A stretch of DNA of 64,000 bases from Acidobacteriota bacterium (lineage in GTDB: Bacteria > Acidobacteriota > Vicinamibacteria > Vicinamibacterales > 2-12-FULL-66-21): the NCBI GenBank assembly GCA_031393955.1, contig JANMWI010000034.1, forward strand, positions 433 through 64,432. Reading direction: 5' to 3'. Positions 63,509 to 64,000 of the stretch are shown here, piece by piece (the stretch's first letter is position 1; every line of letters starts with the position of its first letter). The notes beneath the pieces are model-generated. The model had not been told where the DNA came from, did no database searches, and worked only from the letters and a program-made list of their open reading frames with translations. Position numbers and translations under genes: made by a program.

Positions 63509-63585
63509 GGCGGTGTAGCTCAGTTGGTTAGAGCACGCGGCTCATATCCGCGTTGTCCGGGGTTCAAGTCCCTGCACCGCCACCA
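63509..63585 (+). tRNA. tRNA with CAT anticodon (elongator Met, or Ile2 if lysidine-modified), encoded CCA end
   Basis: The hand-folded cloverleaf has these parts. Acceptor GGCGGTG/CACCGCC. D arm GCTC-AGTTGGTTA-GAGC. Anticodon arm CGCGG-CTCATAT-CCGCG (CAT at 63543-63545). Variable loop TTGTC. T arm CGGGG-TTCAAGT-CCCTG. Discriminator A, then CCA. The 1:72 G-C pair argues against an initiator tRNA. Confidence 0.9.
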
Positions 63586-63689
63586 CTTCTCTTCCCCGGT
63601 CCAGGCCCGCGCAGTTGGCGCCTATCGCTGACCGCCCGCGAGGCAGCCGCCGCCGTCTTGCGGCCTGTGACCCCGGGGAGTTCCGTCTC

Positions 63690-64000
63690 ATGACACTTGC
63701 GGACCGCGTCCTCCGGACGATCAGGCGGCACGCGCTCGTCGCTCCCGGCGGCAGCGTCGTCGTGGCGCTGTCGGGCGGGCCTGATTCGGTCGCGCTCGTC
63801 GACCTCCTGCGCGAGCTCGAGGCCAGGGGGCATCTGCGGATTGCCGCGCTCGCGCACTTCGACCATCGGCTGCGCGGTGAAGCGTCGGATGCGGATGCCG
63901 CATTCTGCCGTGCGATGGCGCAGGACCTCGGGATCCCGTACGCGGAGGACGGCGCCGACGTCCGCGGCCAGGCGCAGTTGCTCGGACGCTCCGTTGAGGA
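63690..64000 (+). CDS. tilS: tRNA(Ile)-lysidine synthase, N-terminal part (3' end outside window)
   Basis: Hand translation from ATG 63690 gives MTLADRVLRTIRRHALVAPGGSVVVALSGGPDSVALVDLL...FDHRLRGEASDADAAFC. The PP-loop SGGxDS motif is present. The frame is open to the window edge. Confidence 0.8.
   Translation, partial: MTLADRVLRTIRRHALVAPGGSVVVALSGGPDSVALVDLLRELEARGHLRIAALAHFDHRLRGEASDADAAFCRAMAQDLGIPYAEDGADVRGQAQLLGRSVE

Overview
GC-rich bacterial chromosomal segment. The gene content (CRTAC1/VCBS protein, carboxypeptidase-regulatory-domain protein, giant C25 protease) suggests a soil Acidobacteriota-like organism, but that is inference only. All calls rest on motif recognition in the supplied translations and on reading the DNA; no homology search was possible. 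I support about 45 protein genes, 1 tRNA and 1 decayed pseudogene. I saw no rRNA, CRISPR array, transposase or integrase.

Layout:
- (i) 1-16.6 kb: a surface-polysaccharide locus. The plus strand carries a translationally coupled run of an FkbM methyltransferase, 7 glycosyltransferases, the priming sugar-phosphate transferase, a geranylgeranyl-reductase-like flavoprotein and a SAM methyltransferase. A convergent minus-strand unit carries a CarboxypepD_reg protein, a Wzc-type tyrosine autokinase, an O-antigen-ligase/polymerase-like protein and a HAD hydrolase.
- (ii) 17.2-29.7 kb: one 4142-codon gene for a Kelch + 16x Ig-like repeat + peptidase C25 (gingipain-type) protein.
- (iii) 29.7-35.7 kb: a minus-strand operon of ABC-2 exporter, PqqD-like chaperone, radical SAM/SPASM enzyme, HprK-like kinase and an S24-peptidase::nucleotidyltransferase fusion.
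- (iv) 35.8-45.9 kb: two methyltransferases, yebC-ruvCAB, fabH, an esterase and a CRTAC1-like protein.
- (v) 46.2-58.8 kb: a glgX-glgE-treS/mak-treZ-treY alpha-glucan/trehalose operon.
- (vi) 58.9-64.0 kb: small genes, queA, a tRNA-CAU and the start of tilS.

Most interesting result: the gap between the radical SAM gene and the HprK-like gene holds a 59-codon ORF that is absent from the ORF track because it is below the 60-aa cutoff. It has a strong RBS, a Lys/Glu-rich leader with a YxxPxI motif, a 3-Cys Ser/Thr-rich core and a C-terminal Ser. Block (iii) therefore reads as a RiPP-type system that combines rSAM/SPASM crosslinking with the kinase/nucleotidyltransferase tailoring pair otherwise known from lasso-peptide loci. 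I do not know a characterised example of this combination.

Secondary curiosities:
- An 8-nt-periodic GGCACC repeat element is present twice, once intergenic and once inserted in frame into queA.
- The giant gene has a higher-order repeat architecture.
- A tRNA-CAU sits directly upstream of tilS and is preceded by tandem direct repeats.
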